Position numbers and translations under genes: made by a program. A stretch of 64,000 nt of DNA, taken from NCBI GenBank assembly GCA_964016885.1, contig OZ024742.1, forward strand, positions 377,704,001 through 377,768,000, read 5' to 3'. The DNA is from Eledone cirrhosa (lineage: Eukaryota). Each line of letters begins with the position of its first letter. The stretch's first letter is position 1. This document shows positions 38,601 through 53,600 of this stretch, in pieces. Below the pieces are notes generated by a model. The model was not told the DNA's origin. It did no database searches and saw only the letters and a list, made by a program, of their open reading frames with translations.

Positions 38601-41600
38601 GACTAGAACAAATTTCTTCTTCTGTCACTTGTTAAACTATCTCTACTGAAGACTAGAACATATTTCTACTCCTGTCACTTGTTAAACTATCTCAACAGAA
38701 GACTAGAAAATATTTCTACATCTGTCACGCGTTAAACTATCTCTACAGAAGACTAGAAAACATTTCTTCTTCAGTCCCTTGTTAAACTATCTCTACAGAA
38801 GACTAGAACATATTCTACTTCTGTCACTTGTTAATCTATATCAACAGACGACTAGAACAAGTCTTACTTCTGTCAATTGTTAAACTATCTCTACAGAATA
38901 CTAGAACATATTTCTACTTCTATCACTTGTTAAACTATCTCTACAGAAGACTAGAACATATTTCCTCTTCTGTCACTTGTAAAACTATCTCTACAGAAGA
39001 CTAGAACATATTTCCTCTTCTGTCACTTGTTAAACTATCTCTACAGAAGACTAGAACATATTTCTACTTCTGTCACTTGTTAAACTATCTCTACAGAAGA
39101 CTGGAACATAATTCTACTTCTGTCACTCGTTAAACTATCTCTACAGAAGACTAGAAGCTATTACTACTACTGTCACTTGGTAATCTATTTCTACAGAAGA
39201 CTAGAACATATTTCTACTTCTGTCACTTGTTTAACTATCTCTACAGAAGACTAGAACATATTTCTACTTCTGTCACTCGTTAACCTATCTCTACAGAAGA
39301 CTAGAACATATTTCTTCTTCTGTCACGCGTTAAACTATCTCTACAGAAGACTAGAACATAATTCTACTTCTGTCACTTGTTAAACTATCTCTACAGAAGA
39401 CTAGAACATATTTCTACATCTGTCACTTGTTAAACTATCTCTACAGAAGACTAGAACATAATTCTAATTCTGTCACTTGTTAACCTATCTCTACAGAGGA
39501 CTAGAACATATTTCTACTTCTGTCACTTGTTAAACTATCTCTACAGAAGACTAGAAATTATTTCTACTACTGTCACTTGTTAAACTATCTCTACAGAAGA
39601 CTAGAACATATTTCTACTTCTGTCACTCGTTCAACTATCTCTACAGAAGACTAGAATATATTTCTACTTCTCTCACTTGTTAAACTATCTCTACAGAAGA
39701 TTAGAACATATTTCTAATTCCGTCACTTGTTAAACTATCTCTACAGAAGACTAGAACATATTTCTAATTCTGTCACACGTAAAACTATCTCTACAGAAGA
39801 CTAGAACATATTTCTACTTCTGTCACCGTTAAACCATCTCTACAGAAGACTAGAACATATTTCTACTTCTGTCACTTGTTAAACTATCTCTACGGAAGAC
39901 TAGAACATATTTCTTCTCCTGTCACTTGTTAAACTATCTCTACAGAAGACTATAATATATTTCTACTTCTGTCACGCGTTAAACTATCTCTACAGAAGAC
40001 TAGAACATATTGCTAATACTGTCACTTGTTAAACTCTCTGTACAGAAGACTAGAACAAATTTCTTCTTCTGTCACTTGTTAAACTATCTAAACAGAAGAC
40101 TAGAAAATATTTCTACATCTGTCACGCGTTAAACTATCTCTACAGAAGACTAGAAAACATTTCTTCTTCAGTCCCTTGTTAAACTATCTCTACAGAAGAC
40201 TAGAACATATTCTACTTCTGTCACTTGTTAATCTATATCAACAGACGACTAGAACAAGTCTTACTTCTGTCACTTGTTAAACTATCTCTACAGAATACTA
40301 GAACATATTCCTACTTCTATCACTTGTTAAACTATCTCCACAGAAGACTAGAACATATTTCCTCTTCTGTCACTTGTTAAACTATCTCTACAGAAGACTA
40401 GAACATATTTCCTCTTCTGTCACTTGTTAAACTATCTCTACAGAAGACTAGAACATATTTCTACTTCTGTCACTTGTTAAACTATCTCTACAGAAGACTG
40501 GAACATAATTCTACTTCTGTCACTCGTTAAACTATCTCTACAGAAGACTAGAACCTATTACTACTACTGTCACTTGTTAAACTATTTCTACAGAAGACTA
40601 GAACATATTTCTACTTCTGTCACTTGTTTAACTATCTCTACAGAAGACTAGAACATATTTCTACTTCTGTCACTCGTTAACCTATCTCTACAGAAGACTA
40701 GAACATATTTCTTCTTCTGTCACGCGTTAAACTATCTCTACAGAAGACTAGAACATAATTCTACTTCTGTCACTTATTAAACTATCTCTACAGAAGACTA
40801 GAACATATTTCTACATCTGTCACTTGTTAAACTATCTCTACAGAAGACTAGAACATAATTCTAATTCTGTCACTTGTTAACCTATCTCTACAGAGGACTA
40901 GAACATATTTCTTCTTCTGTCACGCGTTAAACTATCTCTACAGAAGTCGAGAACATAATTCTAATTCTGTCACTTGTTAAACTATCTCTACAGAAGACTA
41001 GAACATATTTCTACTTCTGTCACTTGTTAAACTATCTCTACAGAAGACTAGAACATATTTGTACTTCTGTCACTTGTTAAACTATCTATACAGAAGACTA
41101 GGACATATTTCTATTTCTGTCAATTGTTAAACTATCGCTACAGGAGACTAGAACATATTTCTACTCCTGTCACTTGTTAAACTATCTCTACAGAAGACTA
41201 GAACATATTTCTACTTCTGTCACTTGTTAAACTATCGCTACAGAAGATTAGAACATATTTCTAATTCCGTCACTTGTTAAACTATCTCTACAGAAGACTA
41301 GAACATTTTTCTACTTCTGTCACGCGTTAAAATATCTCTACAGAAGACTAGAACATATTTCTACTTCTGTCACCGTTAAACCATCTCTACAGAAGACTAG
41401 AACATATTTCTACTTCTGTCACTTGTTAAACTATCTCTACAGAAGACAAGAACCTATTTCTACTATTGTCACTTGTTAAACTATCTCTACAGAAGACCAG
41501 AACATATTTCTACATCTGTCACTTGTTAAACTATCTCTACAGAAGACTAGAACATATTTCTACTTCTGTCACATGTTAAACTATCTCTACAGAAGACTAG

Positions 41601-44600
41601 AACATATTTCTATTTCTGTCACCGTTAAACCATCTCTACAGAAGACTAGAACATATTTCTACTTCTGTCACTTGTTAAACTATCTCTACGGAAGACTAGA
41701 ACATAATTCTTCTTCTGTCACATGTTAAACTATCTCTACAGAAGACTAGAACATATTTCTACTTCTGTCACATGTTAAACTATCTCTACAGAAGACTAGA
41801 ACATATTTCTACTCCTGTCACGTGTTAAACTCTCTCTACAGAAGACTAGAATATATTTCTACTTCTGTCACGCGTTAAACTATCTCTACAGAAGACTAGA
41901 ACATATTGCTAATACTGTCACTTGTTAAACTCTCTCTACAGAAGACTAGAAAACATTTCTTCTTCAGTCCCTTGTTAAAATATCTCTACAGAAGACTAGA
42001 ACATATTCTACTTCTGTCACTTGTTAATCTATATCAACAGATGACTAGAACAAATCTTACTTCTGTCACTTGTTAAACTATCTCTACAGAATACTAGAAC
42101 ATATTTCTACTTCTGTCACTTATTAAACTATCTCTACAGAAGACTAGAAAATATTTCCTCTTCTGTCACTTGTTAAACTATCTCTACAGAAGACTAGAAC
42201 ATATTTCTACTTCTGTCACTTGTTAAACTATCTCTACAGAAGACTAGAACATATTCCCTCTTCTGTCACTTGTTAAACTATCTCTACAGAAGACTAGAAC
42301 ATAATTCTACTTTTGTCACTCGTTAACCTATCTCTACAGAAGACTAGAACATAATTCTAATTCTGTCACTTGTTAAACTATCTCTACAGAAGACTAGAAC
42401 AAATTTCTTCTTCTGTCACTTGTGAAACTATCTCTACAGAAGACTGGAACATAATTCTACTTCTGTCACTCGTTAAACTATCTCTACAGAAGACTAGAAC
42501 CTATTACTATTACTGGCACTTGTTAAACTCTCTCTACAGAAGACTAGAACAAATTTCTTCTTCTGTCACTTGTTAAACTATCTCTACTGAAGACTAGAAC
42601 ATATTTCTACACCTGTCACTTGTTAAACTATCTCAACAGAAGACTAGAAAATATTTCTACATCTGTCACGCGTTAAACTATCTCTACAGAAGACTAGAAA
42701 ACATTTCTTCTTCAGTCCCTTGTTAAACTATCTCTACAGAAGACTAGAACATATTTCTTCTTCTGTCACTTGTTCAACTATCTCTACAGAAGACTAGAAC
42801 ATATTTCCTCTTCTGTCACTTGTTAAACTATCTCTACAGAAGACTAGAAAACATTTCTTCTTCAGTCCCTTGTTAAACTATCTCTACAGAAGACTAGAAC
42901 ATATTCTACTTCTGTCACTTGTTAATCTATATCAACAGACGACTAGAACAAGTCTTACTTCTGTCACTTGTTAAACTATCTCTACAGAATACTAGAACAT
43001 ATTCCTACTTCTATCACTTGTTAAACTATCTCCACAGAAGACTAGAACATATTTCCTCTTCTGTCACTTGTTAAACTATCTCTACAGAAGACTAGAACAT
43101 ATTTCCTCTTCTGTCACTTGTTAAACTATCTCTACAGAAGACTAGAACATATTTCTACTTCTGTCACTTGTTAAACTATCTCTACAGAAGACTGGAACAT
43201 AATTCTACTTCTGTCACTCGTTAAACTATCTCTACAGAAGACTAGAACCTATTACTACTACTGTCACTTGTTAAACTATTTCTACAGAAGACTAGAACAT
43301 ATTTCTACTTCTGTCACTTGTTTAACTATCTCTACAGAAGACTAGAACATATTTCTACTTCTGTCACTCGTTAACCTATCTCTACAGAAGACTAGAACAT
43401 ATTTCTTCTTCTGTCACGCGTTAAACTATCTCTACAGAAGACTAGAACATAATTCTACTTCTGTCACTTATTAAACTATCTCTACAGAAGACTAGAACAT
43501 ATTTCTACATCTGTCACTTGTTAAACTATCTCTACAGAAGACTAGAACATAATTCTAATTCTGTCACTTGTTAACCTATCTCTACAGAGGACTAGAACAT
43601 ATTTCTTCTTCTGTCACGCGTTAAACTATCTCTACAGAAGTCGAGAACATAATTCTAATTCTGTCACTTGTTAAACTATCTCTACAGAAGACTAGAACAT
43701 ATTTCTACTTCTGTCACTTGTTAAACTATCTCTACAGAAGACTAGAACATATTTGTACTTCTGTCACTTGTTAAACTATCTATACAGAAGACTAGGACAT
43801 ATTTCTATTTCTGTCAATTGTTAAACTATCGCTACAGGAGACTAGAACATATTTCTACTCCTGTCACTTGTTAAACTATCTCTACAGAAGACTAGAACAT
43901 ATTTCTACTTCTGTCACTTGTTAAACTATCGCTACAGAAGATTAGAACATATTTCTAATTCCGTCACTTGTTAAACTATCTCTACAGAAGACTAGAACAT
44001 TTTTCTACTTCTGTCACGCGTTAAAATATCTCTACAGAAGACTAGAACATATTTCTACTTCTGTCACCGTTAAACCATCTCTACAGAAGACTAGAACATA
44101 TTTCTACTTCTGTCACTTGTTAAACTATCTCTACAGAAGACAAGAACCTATTTCTACTATTGTCACTTGTTAAACTATCTCTACAGAAGACCAGAACATA
44201 TTTCTACATCTGTCACTTGTTAAACTATCTCTACAGAAGACTAGAACATATTTCTACTTCTGTCACATGTTAAACTATCTCTACAGAAGACTAGAACATA
44301 TTTCTATTTCTGTCACCGTTAAACCATCTCTACAGAAGACTAGAACATATTTCTACTTCTGTCACTTGTTAAACTATCTCTACGGAAGACTAGAACATAA
44401 TTCTTCTTCTGTCACATGTTAAACTATCTCTACAGAAGACTAGAACATATTTCTACTTCTGTCACATGTTAAACTATCTCTACAGAAGACTAGAACATAT
44501 TTCTACTCCTGTCACGTGTTAAACTCTCTCTACAGAAGACTAGAATATATTTCTACTTCTGTCACGCGTTAAACTATCTCTACAGAAGACTAGAACATAT

Positions 44601-47600
44601 TGCTAATACTGTCACTTGTTAAACTCTCTCTACAGAAGACTAGAAAACATTTCTTCTTCAGTCCCTTGTTAAAATATCTCTACAGAAGACTAGAACATAT
44701 TCTACTTCTGTCACTTGTTAATCTATATCAACAGATGACTAGAACAAATCTTACTTCTGTCACTTGTTAAACTATCTCTACAGAATACTAGAACATATTT
44801 CTACTTCTGTCACTTATTAAACTATCTCTACAGAAGACTAGAAAATATTTCCTCTTCTGTCACTTGTTAAACTATCTCTACAGAAGACTAGAACATATTT
44901 CTACTTCTGTCACTTGTTAAACTATCTCTACAGAAGACTAGAACATATTCCCTCTTCTGTCACTTGTTAAACTATCTCTACAGAAGACTAGAACATAATT
45001 CTACTTTTGTCACTCGTTAACCTATCTCTACAGAAGACTAGAACATAATTCTAATTCTGTCACTTGTTAAACTATCTCTACAGAAGACTAGAACAAATTT
45101 CTTCTTCTGTCACTTGTGAAACTATCTCTACAGAAGACTGGAACATAATTCTACTTCTGTCACTCGTTAAACTATCTCTACAGAAGACTAGAACCTATTA
45201 CTATTACTGGCACTTGTTAAACTCTCTCTACAGAAGACTAGAACAAATTTCTTCTTCTGTCACTTGTTAAACTATCTCTACTGAAGACTAGAACATATTT
45301 CTACACCTGTCACTTGTTAAACTATCTCAACAGAAGACTAGAAAATATTTCTACATCTGTCACGCGTTAAACTATCTCTACAGAAGACTAGAAAACATTT
45401 CTTCTTCAGTCCCTTGTTAAACTATCTCTACAGAAGACTAGAACATATTTCTTCTTCTGTCACTTGTTCAACTATCTCTACAGAAGACTAGAACATATTT
45501 CCTCTTCTGTCACTTGTTAAACTATCTCTACAGAAGACTAGAACATATTTCTACTACTGTCACTTGTTAAACTATCTCTACAGAAGACTAGAACATATTT
45601 CTACTTATGTCACTTGTTAAACTATCTCTACAGAAGACTAGAACATATTTCCTCTTCTGTCACTTGTTAAACTATCTCTACAGAAGACTAGAACATAATT
45701 CTACTTTTGTCACTCGTTAACCTATCTCTACAGAAGACTAGAACATAATTCTAATTCTGTCACTTGTTAAACTATCTCTACAGAAGACTAGAACAAATTT
45801 CTTCTTCTGTCACTTGTGAAACTATCTCTACAGAAGACTGGAACATAATTCTACTTCTGTCACTCGTTAAACTATCTCTACAGAAGACTAGAACCTATTA
45901 CTATTACTGGCACTTGTTAAACTCTCTCTACAGAAGACTAGAACAAATTTCTTCTTCTGTCACTTGTTAAACTATCTCTACTGAAGACTAGAACATATTT
46001 CTACTCCTGTCACTTGTTAAACTATCTCAACAGAAGACTAGAAAATATTTCTACATCTGTCACGCGTTAAACTATCTCTACAGAAGACTAGAACATATTC
46101 TACTTCTGTCACTTGTTAATCTATATCAACAGATGACTAGAACAAATCTTACTTCTGTCACTTGTTAAACTATCTCTACAGAATACTAGAACATATTTCT
46201 ACTTCTGTCACTTGTTAAACTATCTCTACAGAAGACTAGAACATATTTCTTCTTCTGTCACTTGTTCAACTATCTCTACAGAAGACTAGAACATATTTCC
46301 TCTTCTGTCACTTGTTAAACTATCTCTACAGAAGACTAGAACATATTTCTACTACTGTCACTTGTTAAACTATCTCTACAGAAGACTAGAACATATTTCT
46401 ACTCATGTCACTTGTTAAACTATCTCTACAGAAGACTAGAACATATTTCCTCTTCTGTCACTTGTTAAACTATCTCTACAGAAGACTAGAATGTATTTCT
46501 ATTTCTGTCACACGTTAAACTATCTCTACAGAAGACTAGAACATATTTCTACTTCTATCACTTGTTAAACTATCTCTACAGAAGACTGGAACATAATTCT
46601 ACTTCTGTCAGTCGTTAAACTATCTCTACAGAAGACTAGAACCTATTACTACTACTGGCACTTGTTAAACTATCTCTACAGAAGACTAGAACATATTTCT
46701 ACTTCTGTCACTCGTTAACCTATCTCTACAGAAGACTAGAACATATTTCGTCTTCTGTCACGCGTTGAACTATCTCTACAGAAGACTAGAACATACTTCT
46801 ACTTCTGTCACTTGTTAAACTATCTCTACAGAAGACTAGAACATAATTCTACTTCTTTCACTTGTTAAACCATCTCTACAGAAGACTAGAACATAATTCT
46901 ACTTCTTTCACTTGTTAAACTATCTCTACAGAAGACTAGAACATAGTTCTACTTCTGTCACTTGTTAAACTATCTCTACAGAAGACTAGAACATAATTCT
47001 ACTTCTTTCACTTGTTAAACTATCTCTACAGAAGACTAGAACATAATTCTACTTCTTTCACTTGTTAAACTATCTCTACAGAAGACTAGAACATAATTCT
47101 ACTTCTGTCACTTGTTAAACTATCTCTACAGAAGACTAGAACATAATTCTACTTCTGTCACTTGTTAAACTATCTCTACGGAAGACTAGAACTAATTTCT
47201 ACTTCTGTCAGTTGTTAAACTATCACTAAAGAAGACTTGAACATATTTCTACTTCTGTCACTTGTTAAACTATCTCTACAGAAGACTAGAACATAGAATA
47301 TATTTCTGCTTCTGTCACTTGTTAAAGTATCTCTACAGAAGACTAGAACATATTACTACTTCTGTCACTTGTTAAACTATCTCTACAGAAGACTAGAACA
47401 TATTTCTACTACTGTCCCTTGTTAAACTCTCTCTACAGAAGACTAGAACATATTTCTACTACTGTCCCTTGTTAAACTATCTCTACAGAAGACTAGAACA
47501 TATTTCTACTTCTGTCACTTGTTAAACTATCTCTACAGAAGACTAGAACGTAGAACATATTTCTACTCCTGTCACTTGTTAAACTATCTCTACAGAAGTC

Positions 47601-50600
47601 TAAATCATATTTCTACTTCTGTCACTTGTTAAACTATCTCTAAAGAAGACAAAACATAATTCTACTTCTTTCACTTGTTAAACTATCTCTACAGAAGACT
47701 AGAACATAATTCTACTACTGTCACTTGTTAAACTATCTCTACAGAAGACTAGAACATAATTCTACTTCTTTCACTTGTTAAACTATCTCTACAGAAGACT
47801 AGAACATAATTCTACTTCTGTCACTTGTTAAACTATCTCTACAGAAGACTAGAACTAATTTCTACTTCTGTCAGTTGTTAAACTATCTCTACAGAAGACT
47901 AGAACATATTTCCTCTTCTGTCACTTGTTAAACTATCTCTACAGAAGACTAGAACATAATTCTACTTTTGTCACTCGTTAACCTATCTCTACAGAAGACT
48001 AGAACATAATTCTAATTCTGTCACTTGTTAAACTATCTCTGCAGAAGACTAGAACAAATTTCTTCTTCTGTCACTTGTGAAACTATCTCTACAGAAGACT
48101 GGAACATAATTCTACTTCTGTCACTCGTTAAACTATCTCTACAGAAGACTAGAACCTATTACTATTACTGGCACTTGTTAAACTCTCTCTACAGAAGACT
48201 AGAACAAATTTCTTCTTCTGTCACTTGTTAAACTATCTCTACTGAAGACTAGAACATATTTCTACTCCTGTCACTTGTTAAACTATCTCAACAGAAGACT
48301 AGAAAATATTTCTACATCTGTCACGCGTTAAACTATCTCTACAGAAGACTAGAACATATTCTACTTCTGTCACTTGTTAATCTATATCAACAGATGACTA
48401 GAACAAATCTTACTTCTGTCACTTGTTAAACTATCTCTACAGAATACTAGAACATATGTCTACTTCTGTCACTTGTTAAACTCTCTCTACAGAAGACTAG
48501 AACAAATTTCTTCTTCTGTCACTTGTTAAACTATCTCTACAGAAGACTAGAACATAGTTCTACTTCTGTCACTTGTTAAACTATCTCTACAGAAGACTAG
48601 AACATAATTCTACTTCTTTCACTTGTTAAACTATCTCTACAGAAGACTAGAACATAATTCTACTTCTTTCACTTGTTAAACTATCTCTACAGAAGACTAG
48701 AACATAATTCTACTTCTGTCACTTGTTAAACTATCTCTACAGAAGACTAGAACATAATTCTACTTCTGTCACTTGTTAAACTATCTCTACGGAAGACTAG
48801 AACTAATTTCTACTTCTGTCAGTTGTTAAACTATCACTAAAGAAGACTTGAACATATTTCTACTTCTGTCACTTGTTAAACTATCTCTACAGAAGACTAG
48901 AACATAGAATATATTTCTGCTTCTGTCACTTGTTAAAGTATCTCTACAGAAGACTAGAACATATTACTACTTCTGTCACTTGTTAAACTATCTCTACAGA
49001 AGACTAGAACATATTTCTACTACTGTCCCTTGTTAAACTCTCTCTACAGAAGACTAGAACATATTTCTACTACTGTCCCTTGTTAAACTATCTCTACAGA
49101 AGACTAGAACATATTTCTACTTCTGTCACTTGTTAAACTATCTCTACAGAAGACTAGAACGTAGAACATATTTCTACTCCTGTCACTTGTTAAACTATCT
49201 CTACAGAAGTCTAAATCATATTTCTACTTCTGTCACTTGTTAAACTATCTCTAAAGAAGACAAAACATAATTCTACTTCTTTCACTTGTTAAACTATCTC
49301 TACAGAAGACTAGAACATAATTCTACTACTGTCACTTGTTAAACTATCTCTACAGAAGACTAGAACATAATTCTACTTCTTTCACTTGTTAAACTATCTC
49401 TACAGAAGACTAGAACATAATTCTACTTCTGTCACTTGTTAAACTATCTCTACAGAAGACTAGAACTAATTTCTACTTCTGTCAGTTGTTAAACTATCTC
49501 TACAGAAGACTAGAACATATTTCCTCTTCTGTCACTTGTTAAACTATCTCTACAGAAGACTAGAACATAATTCTACTTTTGTCACTCGTTAACCTATCTC
49601 TACAGAAGACTAGAACATAATTCTAATTCTGTCACTTGTTAAACTATCTCTGCAGAAGACTAGAACAAATTTCTTCTTCTGTCACTTGTGAAACTATCTC
49701 TACAGAAGACTGGAACATAATTCTACTTCTGTCACTCGTTAAACTATCTCTACAGAAGACTAGAACCTATTACTATTACTGGCACTTGTTAAACTCTCTC
49801 TACAGAAGACTAGAACAAATTTCTTCTTCTGTCACTTGTTAAACTATCTCTACTGAAGACTAGAACATATTTCTACTCCTGTCACTTGTTAAACTATCTC
49901 AACAGAAGACTAGAAAATATTTCTACATCTGTCACGCGTTAAACTATCTCTACAGAAGACTAGAACATATTCTACTTCTGTCACTTGTTAATCTATATCA
50001 ACAGATGACTAGAACAAATCTTACTTCTGTCACTTGTTAAACTATCTCTACAGAATACTAGAACATATGTCTACTTCTGTCACTTGTTAAACTATCTCTA
50101 CAGAAGACTAGAACATATTTCTTCTTCTGTCACTTGTTCAACTATCTCTACAGAAGACTAGAACATATTTCCTCTTCTGTCACTTGTTAAACTATCTCTA
50201 CAGAAGACTAGAACATATTTCTACTACTGTCACTTGTTAAACTATCTCTACAGAAGACTAGAACATATTTCTACTTATGTCACTTGTTAAACTATCTCTA
50301 CAGAAGACTAGAACATATTTCCTCTTCTGTCACTTGTTAAACTATCTCTACAGAAGACTAGAATGTATTTCTATTTCTGTCACACGTTAAACTATCTCTA
50401 CAGAAGACTAGAACATATTTCTACTTCTATCACTTGTTAAACTATCTCTACAGAAGACTGGAACATAATTCTACTTCTGTCACTCGTTAAACTATCTCTA
50501 CAGAAGACTAGAACCTATTACTACTACTGGCACTTGTTAAACTATCTCTACAGAAGACTAGAACATATTTCTACTTCTGTCACTCGTTAACCTATCTCTA

Positions 50601-53600
50601 CAGAAGACTAGAACATATTTCTTCTTCTGTCACGCGTTGAACTATCTCTACAGAAGACTAGAACATACTTCTAATTCTGTCACTTGTTAAACTATCTCTA
50701 CAGAAGACTAGAACATAATTCTACTTCTTTCACTTGTTAAACTATCTCTACAGAAGACTAGAACATAATTCTACTTCTTTCACTTGTTAAACTATCTCTA
50801 CAGAAGACTAGAACATAGTTCTACTTCTGTCACTTGTTAAACTATCTCTACAGAAGACTAGAACATAATTCTACTTCTTTCACTTGTTAAACTATCTCTA
50901 CAGAAGACTAGAACATAATTCTACTTCTTTCACTTGTTAAACTATCTCTACAGAAGACTAGAACATAATTCTACTTCTGTCACTTGTTAAACTATCTCTA
51001 CAGAAGACTAGAACATAATTCTACTTCTGTCACTTGTTAAACTATCTCTACGGAAGACTAGAACTAATTTCTACTTCTGTCAGTTGTTAAACTATCACTA
51101 AAGATGACTTGAACATATTTCTACTTCTGTCACTTGTTAAACTATCTCTACAGAAGACTAGAACATAGAATATATTTCTGCTTCTGTCACTTGTTAAAGT
51201 ATCTCTACAGAAGACTAGAACATATTACTACTTCTGTCACTTGTTAAACTATCTCTACAGAAGACTAGAACATATTTCTACTACTGTCCCTTGTTAAACT
51301 CTCTCTACAGAAGACTAGAACATATTTCTACTACTGTCCCTTGTTAAACTATCTCTACAGAAGACTAGAACATATTTCTACTTCTGTCACTTGTTAAACT
51401 ATCTCTACAGAAGACTAGAACGTAGAACATATTTCTACTCCTGTCACTTGTTAAACTATCTCTACAGAAGTCTAAATCATATTTCTACTTCTGTCACTTG
51501 TTAAACTATCTCTAAAGAAGACAAAACATAATTCTACTTCTTTCACTTGTTAAACTATCTCTACAGAAGACTAGAACATAATTCTACTACTGTCACTTGT
51601 TAAACTATCTCTACAGAAGACTAGAACATAATTCTACTTCTTTCACTTGTTAAACTATCTCTACAGAAGACTAGAACATAATTCTACTTCTGTCACTTGT
51701 TAAACTATCTCTACAGAAGACTAGAACTAATTTCTACTTCTGTCAGTTGTTAAACTATCACTAAAGAAGACTTGAACATATTTCTACTTCTGTCACTTGT
51801 TAAACTATCTCTACAGAAGACTAGAACATAGAACATATTTCTGCTTATGTCACTTGTTAAACTATCTCTACATAAGACTAGAACATAGAACATATTTCTA
51901 CTTCTGTCACTTGTTAAACTATCTCTACAGAAGACTAAAACATATTTCTACTTCTGTCACTTGTTAAACTATCTCTACAGAAGACTAGAACATAATTCTA
52001 CTTCTTTCACTTGTTAAACTATCTCTACAGAAGACTAGAACATATTTCTACTTCTGTCACTTGTTAAACTATCTCTACAGAAGACTAGAACATATTTCTA
52101 CTTCTGTCACTTGTTACACTATCTCTAAAGAAGACTAGAACGTAGAACATATTTCTACTTCTGTCACTTGTTAAACTATCTCTACAGAAGACTAAATCAT
52201 ATTTCTACTTCTGTCACTTGTTAAACTATCTCTACAGAACACAAAACATAATTCTACTTCTTTCACTTGTTAAACTATCTCTACAGAAGACTAGAACATA
52301 CTCCTACTTCTTTCACTTGTTAAACTATCTCTACAGATGACTAGAACATAATTCTACTTCTGTCACTTGTTAAACTATCTCTACAGAAGACTAGAACTAA
52401 TTTCTACTTCTGTCAGTTGTTAAACTATCACTAAAGAAGACTTGAACATATTTCTACTTCTGTCACTTGTTAAACTATCTCTACAGAAGACTAGAACATA
52501 GAACATATTTCTGCTTCTGTCACTTGTTAAACTATCTCTACAGAAGACTAGAACGTACAACATATTTCTACTTCTGTCACTTGTTAAACTATCTCTACAG
52601 AAGACTAGAACATAGAACATATTTCTACTTCTGTCACTTGTTAAACTATCTCTATAGAAGACTAAAACATATTTCTACTTCTGTCACTTGTTAAACTATC
52701 TCTACAGAAGACTAGAACATAATTCTAGTTCTTTCACTTATTAAACTATCTCTAAAGAAGACTAGAACATAATTCTACTTCTTTCACTTGTTGAACTATC
52801 TCTACAGAAGACTAGAACATAATTCTTCTTCTGTCACTTGTTAAACTATCTCTACAGAAGACTAGAACTAATTTCTACTTCTGTCAGTTGTTAAACTATG
52901 ACTAAAGAAGACTTGAACATATTTCTACTTCTGTCACTTGTTAAACTATCTCTACAGAAGACTAGAACATAGAACATATTTCTGCTTCTGTCACTTGTTA
53001 AACTATCTCTACAGAAGACTAGAACATACAACATATTTCTACTTCTGTCACATGTTAAACTATCTCTACATAAGACTAAAACATATTTCTACTTCTGTCA
53101 CTTGTTAAACTATCTCTACAGAAGACTAGAACATAATTCTACTTCTTTCACTTGTTAAACTATCTCTACAGAAGACTAGAACATATTTCTACTTCTGTCA
53201 CTTGTTAAACTATCTCTACAGAAGACTAGAACATATTTCTACTTCTGTCACTTGTTAAACTATCTCTACAGACAACTAGAACATAGAACATATTTCTACT
53301 TCTGTCACTTGTTAAACTATCTCTACAGAAGACTAGAACATATTCTACTTCTGTCACTTGTTAATCTATATCAACAGATGACTAGAACAAATCTTACTTC
53401 TGTCACTTGTTAAACTATCTCTACAGAATACTAGAACATATTTCTACTTCTGTCACTTGTTAAACTATCTCTACAGAAGACTAGAACATATTTCTTCTTC
53501 TGTCACTTGTTCAACTATCTCTACAGAAGACTAGAACATATTTCCTCTTCTGTCACTTGTTAAACTATCTCTACAGAAGACTAGAACATATTTCTACTAC